DNA from: Ginglymostoma cirratum
Lineage: Eukaryota
Assembly (NCBI GenBank): GCA_024137785.1
Contig: JAHRHZ010000055.1
Span: 591,940-655,939 of the forward strand
DNA length: 64,000 nucleotides
Direction of reading: 5' to 3'
Shown here: one piece after another, positions 1-11,317 of the stretch
How positions within the stretch are numbered: the first letter of the stretch is position 1
Layout of the letters: every line of letters starts with the position of its first letter
Program-made: the position numbers and the translations under genes
The notes under the pieces: model-generated
What the model was told of the DNA's origin: nothing
Database searches by the model: none
The model's input: the letters and a program-made list of their open reading frames with translations, nothing else

Positions 1-1489
1 GGCACCACTACTCGGGAACGGACTGAGTTTGAAATAAGATCAAAAAGCAAGCATTGCAAGAAATCTGTAAGTGTATTGATTGAACAGCAGGACGGCAGAG
101 GACCACAAGGCAAAAAGTCACTAGCACATGGGTGAGTATTTCTGCTGGACAGTCTTTAAAGTAAAAATTGGTCTATCGTTTAGAATAAGTCATGCTTAAG
201 TTATGAGAAATACCTTAAGATCCCTGGTATATTTTGAGGCTTCTTTAAATTTCAGGAAATAAATGTCAAAGCAGAAATTTAGGGGTAAGTCCTGGCAGGG
301 CAGCTAGGCCAGGTGAAATGCACTTTCTGTGCAATGTGGGAAATCAGGGACACTCCCAGTGTCCAGGGTCATTACATGTTCAGGAAGGGTCTCCAGCTGC
401 AACTATCTGAAATCCACATTTTGGATCTGGAACAACGGCTGGCGTCACTATGAAACATCCACAAAGCTGAGATATTTGTGGCTAGAATGTACTGTAAGGT
501 AGTCACGCTGTAGGTAAAGAGTGCACAGGCATAAAGGGAATAGGTAGCTTCCAGACAGAGTTAAAACATGAAGCAGATAGACCCAATGGTTTCCTGCAAT
601 CCCTCCATCTCTGGCAGATCTTCCATTTTAGAGCATAGAATCCCTACAGTGTAGAAACAGGCCACTCAGCCCAACAAGACCACAATGACCCTCCAAAGTA
701 CATTCTACACAGACCCATCCCCCTACACTTTCCCTGTAACCCCACATTTCCCATGGCAAACAAGCCTAGCCTGCACACCATGGGGCAATTTAGCATGGCT
801 AATTCACCCTAACCTGCACATCTTTGGACTGTGGGAGGAAACCGGAGCACCCGGTGGAAACCCACACAGACACGGGGAGAACGTGCAAACTCCACATAGA
901 CAGTCGCCCAAGGGTGGAATTGAGCCTGGACCCCTGGTGCTGTGAGGCAGCAGTGCTAACTGCTGAGCCACCATGCCACCACTGGGGGAGATGATTTCTA
1001 TGGGAAAGATAGCAAGAGCCCTTCCATGACACTACAAGTGGATTGGCAGCATGGGTGGGAAAGGGAGAAAAAGGAGTGGCAGAGCAATATTGACAGTGAT
1101 TCAACCATAAATGGATCTTTAGATATTTCTGCAGGTGTAACACCAAGATGATAGTCTGCATCACTGCTACCAGGGTCAGAATGTCTCTGAGATGCTGCTG
1201 GATATTCAGAAAGGGGTTAGTGAACAGCCAGAGGTCATTGTTCATGTCAGATCCAACAACACAGCTAAAATGATGGGTGAGGTCCTGCAATTAGAATATG
1301 GGAAGATAGGAAATAAATTAAAAAGCAGGTCATCAAAGGTTGTAATCTCAATATTACTTTCAGTGTCATGTGCAGGTGAGATCAGGAATAGGAGAATAGA
1401 CTAGATCAATGTGTTGATGGAGACATTATACACGAGAGAGAGATTTAGACTCTTGAGGCAATGGGACAGACGCTGAGGAAGATGGAACC
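1..1489 (+). mobile_element. CR1 LINE 5'UTR/ORF1 (zinc-finger/zipper plus esterase), degenerate, interrupted by a SINE
   Basis: ~295-450 reads AGQLGQVKCTFCAMWEIRD...RKGLQLQL..HILDLEQRLASL; 1192-1404 is esterase-like (QPEVIVHVRSNN..KLKSRSSKVVIS), typical of CR1 ORF1. Confidence 0.8.
632..982 (-). mobile_element. HE1-like V-SINE (tRNA head, CR1-type tail)
   Basis: Minus strand ggcatggtggctcagcagttagcactgctgcctcacag head, V-domain gtggagtttgcacgttctccccgtgtctg, tail cactgtagggattctatg. Confidence 0.9.
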
Positions 1490-1648
1490 TGTTTTCAGTG
1501 TATAACACTGCAATGTGTTCAGCACAAGAACATCATTGCAGTGAAGCTTAATATACCCGCCTACAGGGCATATATCTCATGGTAAAGGTCAAATGACTAT
1601 GGCAGACTAGGACAAATGTTTGCACATGATTGCATTTCAGACCAAACA
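1490..1648 (-). repeat. Putative 3' LTR of the Gypsy element
   Basis: TG...CA ends, preceded on the minus strand by purine tract aaatagggga; 1490-1517 matches 7390-7417 at 18/28, next to PBS-like TGGGATCAGTGAGTG. Confidence 0.55.
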
Positions 1649-2812
1649 TCCCCTATTTGATACAAAAGAAAAGAAAATTAAAATTTATACTTTCAGGTAC
1701 CCAAATTACCATTATATATTCAACTGTTCTCATGCCAGAGCAGTTCATCATTTCCATCAGTCTCTGCAAATGCATTGCACACACAATCCTTAAATCATGC
1801 AGGTAGGTTAATAGTGTGTGTACGCGTTGTTGGTGACTATTCTTCTGGCTGATGTTGTTTCAACAGGGAATGTTGTTCCTGTGTCATTTGATTTTGCTGA
1901 GTTATCTGTTTTTGTTCTGGTTCTATTGTTGGATTGCTGTGGAACTCTGGGTCTGATGGTTAATGTGCATTCTGTGTAGGTGGTACATTTACCTCTTTCT
2001 GCTCAGCTACCTGTAGTTGAGGAATACTACTCCGTAGTTGGGTGTATGTGCCCATAGTTGTGATGGTATATCTAGTTGTTCACTTCCACCACATACAATT
2101 GAGGTGACAATTGATTCACCAAGGTCCCAAGTTGCCAGCTAGGCTTACCTTTATGAAGATAGTTGAATGTTTGTACCTTGACTGGCTCTCCAATCCTCAA
2201 CTCTGGCAATAGTTTAGTAGGCTTTGTCAAAATGAAATTTGCCTTTTTGCAGTTTCATCTTGATTTTTGTTTAATCCCATCTTTTACTACTTCTGCCTTC
2301 AGTAGCTTTTCTTTGCTGTTGGAAATGTAGTTTGCATGAGGTTAGTCTTCATACTGGTTTACTTTCCATGCCCTGAACGGGTGTGTTTCTCCAGTCAAGG
2401 GTTGCCTTATCTAAATCTGAGTTGGATTTGGACGATTCCTTTGGTGATTTTCACCATCGCCTCAGCCTTTCAATTTAACTGGGGTTAGTGTGGAAATGAT
2501 GAGCAGTGTAGAATTTATCAGGAAACAATTGAATTCTTTATTTATGAACTGAGGGCCATTGTTGCTTATGACAACGTCGGGATTGCCATATGCTGAAATG
2601 TGCTTTTAGGCATTTGCAATAGCAGTAGTCATTGAAGTCAATTGGTCTACATCCCAGCAGTCAGAGTAGTAGTCCAATGTGACTAGATAATCAGTTCCTA
2701 AAAGTGTTAAAAGATCTACTCCCAGCTTCATCTATGGTCTCTCTGAGATGTCATGCATCATCAATGGCTCTCAACTTTTCTAAGTTTGGTACTCATTACA
2801 AGCACTGTATTG

Positions 2813-3075
2813 AATCATAGAATCAGACCATTTGACTCATCAAGTCCACACTGACCCTTCAAGTAGCATCCCAACCAGACCCACCCGGCTGCCCTATCCC
2901 TCTAACCCTCCATTTACCATGGCTAATCCACCTAACCTACACATCTTTGGACTGTGGGAGGAAACTGGACCATCCAGAGGAAACACACGCATACATAGGG
3001 AGAATGTGAAAGGTGGAATCGAACCTACGTCTCTGGCACTGAGAGGCAGCAGTGGTGCCAGTACAGCACAACAGG
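2813..3075 (-). mobile_element. HE1-like V-SINE inserted in Gypsy pol
   Basis: Similar to 632-982 (catggctaatccacctaacctacacatctttggactgtgggaggaaac). Confidence 0.85.
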
Positions 3076-4214
3076 CTTAATTGAATTATTTGATGGCTTC
3101 CCAGGATGTGCTTTAGTGTCACTCCCCTCAACTCTTTCAGAATAATGACTCTATTTCCTTTGAATGACATGCAATCTGGGCCTAATTTGGTTTGGGATCA
3201 TGTCAGCATGGGCTGGTTGGACCGAAGGGTTTATTTCCATTCTGTATCACTCTATGACTATGTTTATATGCCCAATATTCTCTTAAACCAAACAGATGTG
3301 TCCTTGATGCTCACTTGATACTTTACTTGATTTAAACAAAGCACTATCTTCTTCATTCAGCGTCTCTGCTGAATGGATAACTTCCACAGCAAGATGACCT
3401 CTGCCTTGTGTTGAATCTGGAAGACTTCACATGCTGTTGTACATCCTTTTAAACTGGAGTGCTCCCCTTAACAGAGTGCCACAATATGCTTCTGCTTCCC
3501 TGTTTATATATCTCATCCAGATGATATCACTGTAACAAGAGTTTCTTTGCAGATGCTTTGGAGCAGATAGTTTAAGGAGAATGCTTTGAAGTGGCTTGTG
3601 GTTGGACTTGACTGTCACTTTGTCTCTTCTGAGAAGGTATTGATGAAAATGTGCACAAGCAAAGACAATGACTCAGCACTCTTTCCTGTACAGGGCATAA
3701 CATCCTTCTGTTTGTATTACCACCCTGCATACAAATGCAACAGGTTGTCCTTGCTGCATTAGTGTTGCTCCAAGTCCTGTCTCTCTGGTGTCAAATTGCA
3801 GGGTGACTTCATCATTTATTGCACTGTATTTCAGCACTGGTGTTGCTGTCACTAGTTGCTGGATGTTCACAAATCCTGATTCTTGTTCTGTGTCCCAAAA
3901 TCGCCTCCCATCCTTGGCTATGAGTTGGCAAAATGGTCCACACCATGACAACAGCTTGAACAAGAATGTTGCCAAATGGTTGATTAATCCAACAAATTGT
4001 TGCACTGCTCACACTTTTCGTGATCCAGGCGAAGACCTTTTGCAGTCAGTACACAGCCATTGTTCTTGACCTTGGGTAATGTTAATTATATTCTTCCTCA
4101 ACTTCAAATTCACCTGGCAAGCTATGTCAAGCGCTCACATTGTCTATGATCAAAAATGGCTGCTTCCATTGTATCTGAACCTCCATAAACTAGCAGATAA
4201 TCCATGATGACTTT

Positions 4215-4895
4215 GATTAATTCATGGGATGTGGGTATTGCTGGCCGGGCCAGCATTTAATTCTCATTCCTAATTGTTCAGAGACCAATTTAAATAATCA
4301 ACCATGTTGCAGAGGGCCTGGAATCACATGTATATTTATTTAACATGTTGTCACTTGTACCTGGGTACAGTGAAAAGTTGATAATGTCACCACTTTCTGG
4401 CACCCTCTTGGATTACAGAATAAATTACTGAACAAATTTTATAAATGGTGAGATACTGAATAAATTAATGTTAAATTGATATTACTAAAAAACTTTAAAA
4501 AGTTCATCTTTCACTCTCTGCATACTTTGACCTCTCTGCCCCAGCGTCCTGGTTTCCACCACCACCAGCGTCATCGATTCCACGTCCGTTGCCTCCAAGC
4601 TGGAGATTGTCACGCTGCATGGGTCCCGCACCTCTTCAGACACTGGACATCCACTGACAGGTCCTGGCTCATCTTCCAATGCTGCCACCCGCCATGCAAA
4701 GGGGATGGAGACATAGCCCAGATCAGGTAAGGTCACCGGATATCCTTCCCAAAGGGCATTAGCAAACCAGATAGTTACATGGACATCTCTCCAGATTTTC
4801 ATTGACTTTAAATTTCACCACCTGCCATGGGGATTTAAGGCTGGAATGTCGGTTTGGGCTTCTGCGTTACTAATCCCAGTTATTATCGCTACACC
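4215..4895 (-). mobile_element. tRNA-headed bipartite SINE split by a GC-rich element (4330-4725)
   Basis: Tail half 4215-4330 and head half 4725-4895 are colinear with the intact copy at 33430-33760. Confidence 0.7.
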
Positions 4896-5354
4896 CCTGC
4901 CAACTTCCACACTACGGTGATCATTCACTGTCTCGCATTGTCTGCATTGGTACTTTCCTGGCGCAGTGAAATGCCAAAAGGCATGTGCTACCAAACATAT
5001 CCCCCAAAGGATGCCCAGAAAGGAGTTAAGAAGTTTCTGTTTTTATCAAGTTTCACTTGTTATTAACCATCGATCTGGACTGGTGAAGGTTTTATCTCTT
5101 ACAAGTTGTGGCAAAAATTCCTTCAGCAGTTGGCATGGGATAGTGAGATCTGTTCAGGGATTTATGTAGATTCTTTGTGCCAATGCATGCTCTCAGCTTT
5201 CTAAGTAGTTGCACTGCTACCATGCTGCTCATCCATTCTGGAGGAGTTGTCACTTTCTTGAATGCAGCTGCATTTCCAGCTGATTTATCTTGTTGCCTTG
5301 CGAGCAGCCGGAACTTAACCTCAGCAGACATTGAATTGGTCTTACACGCTGGAA

Positions 5355-5695
5355 AAGTGGAAAGTAGAAGCTGGAGTAGGCCATTCAGTCCTTCAAATCC
5401 CCTCTGCCTTTCATTATCTCATTGGATGATCAGACAACGCAACAGCGTGTTCCACTTTTTTCCCATGTCTTTTGATCCCTTTAGCTCCAAGTGCTGTATC
5501 CAATTCTTCTTGAAATCATACAGTGTTTTGGCTCAACTCTTTTCTGTGGTAATGAATTCCATAGGCTCACCACTCTGTGAAGAAAATTCTCTGCATCTCA
5601 GTCGCTAATGGTTTACCCCATCTCCTTAGACCGTAACCCCTGGCTCTAGACTTCCCAACCATTTGGAACATCCTTCCTGCATCTACCATGTCTAG
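5355..5695 (-). mobile_element. CR1 3' fragment in Gypsy pol
   Basis: Similar to other CR1 3' ends (gtaggccattcagtccttc...gaattccataggctcaccactctg). Confidence 0.75.
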
Positions 5696-6685
5696 TCCAG
5701 TCTACTTCAAGCTTATATTTTCCTGGAATACTTCCTAACTGTGTGAACACGTCTTTGTACTCCTCTAAGATGTGTTCCAAAGTCAACGATTCAGTGCATT
5801 GCAACACATTATAAATCCCTTTTAGTACATTGAAGGTTACTAGTCCAAGCTTTAGACTTGCTCCAGATACGTAGTATTTGCTTGCCATCTCTGAACTGGA
5901 ACTTCAGATCCTCGTTCATGTTAGAGATTGGGCTCGAAAAGTTATCTGACCTCCTGTCATGAGGGCAGTGCCCTCATATAGCTGTACCCTTACTTTTGAG
6001 GGCTTCATTTTTGGATTGCAATGTTGAGCCACCTTGCACAGGTCTTTGAAGGTCATGATGTTGCATTATTCACCCGTATCAATGTGATATCTTGTCGATC
6101 TGATGTTCACCATCTGCAATCCTCATTTCAACAGTCACAAACCATGTCTTGCCTATTAACTTGACCGAACCAACCTGTTGCGCAATGTATTTGTCAGAGC
6201 CTTCAGCCGCTACTCTCTACTGGCCATCTGCACTTGCTTCTTGTTCTTCTTTTTTGCCCCTTGTGCGCAAAATGGTTCAGCTTTTTCCCATGAGAACATC
6301 TGTCTCTCCACGCTGGATACACTTACTTCTTTTTTGCATTCTGAAGTATTTTCATCCTGCCCTCTGTGATTGATCTGCTCTGTGTGCCTGGGATATCTGT
6401 CAATATAGTACAAGACCTGCTCTGTTCTGCTATGAATACCCCTACCTGTTGATTCACAGCCTCAGCTTTTTTTCACAAAGTCAGTTGCTCTCCTGAATGT
6501 AAGGTTGTCATCTCTCTGTAGGTGTTCTTTCACTTTTGGATCCCTTATTCCTTATACAATCCTTTCTCTAATTAGGTCCTTCCTTAAATGTGCAAATTCT
6601 GCAAGCTGCTGATTAGTGAGATTTAGCGTGGAATATACCTTAAAACAGCTCTTCCCAAGCGTGATAAAAGTCTAGTTTTACTCAG

Positions 6686-7141
6686 ATGTTGCTGCAAATG
6701 AAGAGTTTGCGTTATAGGGAGAGGCTTAGACTTTTTTCACTGGAGCATAGGAGGTTGAAGGGTGACCTAGTTGAGGTTTCTAACATCGAGACAGGTATAG
6801 ATAAGATGAATTGCAGGTGTCTTTTCCCTATTGGGTGGGGTACGGATTTCAAGACTAGGGGGCATATGTTTAAGGTGAGAGGAGAAAGATTGAAAAAGGA
6901 CGAGGGAGACAACTTTTTCACACGCAGTGGTTCATGTGTGGAATGAACCCCCAGAGGAAGTGTTGGATGCTGGTTCAGTTACAACATTTAAAAGACATTT
7001 GGACAAGTACATGAGCAAGAAAGGTTTGGAGGGATATAGGCCAAGCACAAGCAGACGGGACTAGTTTAGTTTGGGATTATGGTTAGCATGGACAGGTTGG
7101 ACCGAAGAGTCTGTTTCCGTGCTGCATGACTGTATGACTCT
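6686..7141 (+). mobile_element. CR1 3' end in Gypsy gag
   Basis: YRERLRLFSLEHRRLKGDLVEV...KTRGH; tail catgactgtatgactcta. Confidence 0.9.
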
Positions 7142-7429
7142 AGTGATGTGTACTTGTTCTAGTTTACTCAACAATTCTTTAATTATTGCACAAATCTGCC
7201 ATTGTTCACAGAAGAACTTCCAGTTTTGCTGCATATCCCCAGGAGCTAATAGAGGAAAAGATGCAGACATTTTCTCTTAAGCAGCTTTTTCCCTGCAATT
7301 TTCATTTCTCTTTTTCTTTTTCAGTGGCAGCTCACAGCTCTGCAATTGTGCCTTTTATTTCAGCCCTGGAAACTCACTCACTGATCCCATGGTTTGAAAG
7401 TACGAAACAGCAGAGTGATTAACTGTCAG

Positions 7430-7676
7430 CGTTGGCTATATACTCCACCCAGTAGTGGTCAAGTAGGAAATAACATTATTCAGGAAATTAAAGATGCACG
7501 TATCAAGGGTGCTATAATAATCATGGGAAAATTTAATCTACTTATAGACTGGGCAAACCACGTATGCAATTATGTGGTAACGGCTGAATTCCTGAAGTGT
7601 GCACAAGAATTTTTATTTTATTAGACCAGTACATTCATAAATGAGCTAGACAACAGGCTGTCCCGAATTTAGTACA
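7430..7676 (+). mobile_element. CR1 ORF2 endonuclease fragment (continues at ~9482-9650)
   Basis: LYTPPSSG...IIIMGKFNLLIDW; after the insertion continues with NEKG..NNLV...PLGKSD. Confidence 0.75.
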
Positions 7677-9481
7677 GACACCCCTTGAAGAATACACAGA
7701 TAGCAGGAAAGAACTCAAACAAGGAACTAGGAGGGTTAAAAGGGGCCATGAAATGTCTTTGGAAAACAGGATTAAGGAAAACATTCCATACATATATAAG
7801 GTGCAAGAGAGTAGCTAGGGAAAGGATAGGTCCACTCAAGACAAAGGAGGGAATTTATGTGTAGATGGAGGAAGTGGGTAAGGTCCTTAACAAATAATTT
7901 GCATTGGTATTCACAAAGGAGAAGGACATTGTGGATGGTGAGTCTTGGTAGGGGTTGTAACGATATTCTGGAGCATGTCAATATTAAAAAAGAGGAGCTG
8001 TTGGGTGTTTTAAAAAGCATTAAGGTAGACAAGTCCCTAGGACCTGATGAGATCTATCCCAGAATACTGAGGGATGCAGATGAGAAAATTTCTTGGGCCC
8101 TTGGTATGAAATCCTTGTATCCTCTTTAGTCACAGGAGAGGAACTAGAGGACTAGAGAATAGACAACATTGTTCCTTCGTTTAAGAAGAAGAACAGGTAT
8201 AATCCAGGAAATTACAGACGGTGAGCCTTATGTCAGTGGTAGGGAAATTACTGGAGAAGGTTATTAGGAACGGTATTTATTTACATTTATAAAAATATGG
8301 ACTTATTAGTGATAGGCAAAAAGGCTTTGTGCGGAGAAGGTCGTGTCTCACAAACTTGATGAAATCTTTTGAGGAAGTGATAAAGATGATTGATGAGGGC
8401 TGGGCAGTAGATGTTGTCTACATGGAGTTCAGTAAGGCCTTTGACAAGGTCTGAAAGTGAAATCACGTGGAGCTCTGCAGTGAGCTGGTAAGATGTGTAC
8501 AGAGCTAACTTAGTCATAGAAGACAGAGACTAGTGATGGAAGAGTGTTTTTCTGACTGAACATTTGTAACCAGTGGTGCACCGGAAGGATCAGTGCTAGG
8601 ACACCTGTTGTTTGTAATTTATATATGTAAATAATTTTGAGGAGAGTGTAGGTATTCTGATTAGTAAATCTGCAGAAGTCACAAAGATTAGGGGAGCTGT
8701 GGATTGAGGAGGATTGCCAGACGATATAGCAAGATATAGATAAGCTAGAGACTTGGGCAGAGACATGGCAGATGGAGGTTAATCTGGACATATACAAGAA
8801 GATGCATTTTGGAAAATCTAATGCAGGAGGGAAATATAGAGTTAAATGGCAGAACCCATGGTAGTATCAACATACAGAGGGATCTAGGCATATAGGTCCA
8901 CAATTCCCTGGACGTGGCAACATAAGTGGAATTGGTGGTCAAGAAGGCATATGGCATGCTTGGCTTCATTGGCCAGGGTATAGAGTATAAAAATTGGCAA
9001 GTCATGTTGGAGGTGAGTGGGACTTCAGATAGGCCACATTTGGAATATTGTGTACAGTTCTAGTCGTCACACTACCAGCAAGATGTGGAGGCTTCAGAGA
9101 TAGTTTAGAAGTTTTCAGGGTGTTTCCTGGTTTGTAGAGTATTAGCTTTGAGGAGAGGTTAGACAAATTTGGTTTGTTTTTATTTGAAATTGAAGGACGA
9201 CAGGCAACCTAAGAGAACTGTACGGAATTATAAGAGGCGTGGATAGAATGGATTTTCAGAGTCACTTTTTCCCCAGGGTAGAAATACAATATTGTACAAT
9301 GCAGGATATAATAGCAATGTTTAAAAGATATCTTGACAGAAACATGAATAGGCAGGGAATAAAGGGATATAGACCATGTAGGGGCAAAAGTGTTTAGTTT
9401 AGAAAGGTATTATGTGTTGGTGCAGACTTGGTGGGCCGAATGGCCTGTTCCTGTGCAGTGCTGTTCTTTGTTTTTGTTCTG
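7677..9481 (+). mobile_element. 5'-truncated CR1 LINE (RT plus 3'UTR)
   Basis: KVDKSLGPDEIYPRIL, GNYR.VSL, DVVYMEFSKAFDKV, QGSVLG-like motifs; tail (tgttctt)n. Confidence 0.92.
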
Positions 9482-9999
9482 TTCTCCAATGAGAAGGGTT
9501 TATTAATAATCTTGTCACACAAAGTCCTTTAGGAAAGAGTGATTATAACAGGTGTAGATTTTCACTGGGATTGAAAGTGAAGTGGTCCAATCAGAAGCTA
9601 AAGTCTTAAATGTAAACAAAGGAAGCCATGTAGGCATGAGGCATGAGCCTAGAGTAAGGAGTCACAGTCTCAGGATGTAGGGAAGACCAGTTAGGACTGA
9701 GATGAGGAAGAAGTTCTTCACTCAGAGGGTGGATTTCTCTGCCACACACACAGACCAAGCCACTGAGTATATTTAAGAAAGAATTATATAGATTTCTGGA
9801 CGCTAAAAATACGAACAGGTATGGAGTGTGGCATTACTATAAGAGATTAGCCGGTATCCTATTGAACAGAGCAGGCTTGTTGGGCCAAATGTCTTACTCT
9901 GCCCTATTTTCTGTATTTTGAAGTTTCCACAGCCTTGAGTACATAATTTACATTGTTGTCACACTGCTGTACTGATGGAATGGTTTAACTGTTGAAAAT

Positions 10000-10270
10000 G
10001 GATCTTTGAGATCAAATGTTAAACTGAGGTCTTGTTTGTCGCTGCACGATTTGAAAATGACGAGTTCCTCACAGTCTCCTTGGGCCAGTGATACCAAAAG
10101 CTAGAACAACTGTTATTCAAATTCATTTACAACTGTTGTGACCTCGCTGTGCGCACATTGGCTGGTTGCAAACTGCCACATAACCACAGTGAGTACACTT
10201 CGTAAGTGGTTCATTGCCTGCAAACTATTGGAACTTCTTGAGCTTGTGAAATGCATTTCATACACAAAAG
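10000..10270 (+). mobile_element. Deu-domain SINE remnant (SacSINE1/AmnSINE1-like)
   Basis: gttaaactgagg...ctgtgcgcacattggctg...gtacactt..gtggttcattgcctgcaaa, shared with 46495-46860. Confidence 0.65.
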
Positions 10271-10946
10271 CTTCATTTGTAATTACAGCAAACTTATTAC
10301 TGTTGACACAGGGCTATCTAGTGCAATAGACCAAATAACATCCCAGCTTGAGTCTCCACTTTCCACTAATCATCATTGGAAAATTGATTGTCCAAACTCA
10401 TAAGCTTTTTACGCAGCCTAATCAGCTTTTATTTCTGCTGAATTCAAGAATGCATACAAACTTATAGTGGTAGAAACCAGGAAATAATATGCTTGCTCCT
10501 CTTGATTACTACAAATTTTGTTAAGGGTATCAGCCAGTTGCATTCTCAATTCTCGGGAGACCTGTCTTTTTGAGTAAGAAATAGATCTGCAGCACTTTAT
10601 CTGTTTCACTTTGAAATATGTGGCCAGATTTGGCAACAGCTATGAAGAACTGCACTGCAACAGAATAAACTATATTTCCACTGAGACCAATTGTAAATTG
10701 CATTACTGTAGTAGAGGAAAGAACCCGACAAATTCTTCCCTCGATGGTGTTGGTTTATTGCAAAGAACTGTTTCGAAGAGAGCCATCTGGTTCTAATTTG
10801 TTCAGTGATCAGTATTCTGTTGCCAGTGAGGTGGAACCTAATTGTGTCCATGCTTATTGCCTATAAAAAGGATCATTTTAAAGATAATTTTAGATTTACA
10901 TTCTGTTTGATTGAACCTTGCGGATCATTCAAATGAATTGCAGATC

Positions 10947-11317
10947 TTGTGGTTGGTTGGCTCGCCGAGCTGGTTCATTGTTTTTCCACAGACATTTCAT
11001 TACCCTGCTGGGTAACATCATCAGTGCAGGAAGCGCCGTTGTGTTTTCCCACCTGTTATTTGAACTCTGGGGTCCGTTGAGCTGGATTACCTCACTTCCA
11101 GCTTTCCTTCGCAGTGGAGTGTGTATGGGGTCGAGCTCTATGTGTTTGTTGATGGCTTTCTTCGTGGAGTACCAGGCTTCTAGGAATTCCTGTCCTTGTC
11201 TCTGTTTTGCTTGTCCCAGGATCTGGGAAACGTCTGCAGAAAAATAACGAACCAGCTCAGTGAGCCAACCAACCACAACATCCACAACCTGAACTACAAA
11301 TCTACTCCAAAACCTTA
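10947..11317 (-). mobile_element. Penelope-like element fragment (GIY-YIG C-terminus plus pseudo-LTR, inverted partial pLTR)
   Basis: QILGQAKQRQGQEFLEAWYSTKKAINKHIELDPIHTPLR; inverted copy of gaaa(c/t)gtctg...gagccaaccaaccacaa; 12-bp TSD GAATTGCAGATC at 10935-10946 and 11318-11329. Confidence 0.88.
10986..11030 (-). ncRNA. Minimal type I hammerhead ribozyme
   Basis: cctgca CTGATGA t GTTACCC agca GGGTAAT GAAA tg TC tgtgg: intact core, 7-bp stem II, 5-bp stem I (with G-U pairs). Confidence 0.8.

Larger units (their letters stand above)
1490..7417 (-). mobile_element. Degenerate Gypsy/Ty3 LTR retrotransposon (gag-PR-RT-RNaseH-IN)
   Basis: Minus-strand domain order: gag (QNWKFFCEQWQ, 7061-7270), protease IDTG (~6070-6085), RT (EWMSSMVAV..LRACI..NLHKSLNRSHYPMPT, 5092-5331), RNase H (VTLQFD...GLGATLMQQGQPVAF; NHKPL), integrase (DYYS, NGPQF, 2540-2700); many stops and frameshifts. 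Confidence 0.9.
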
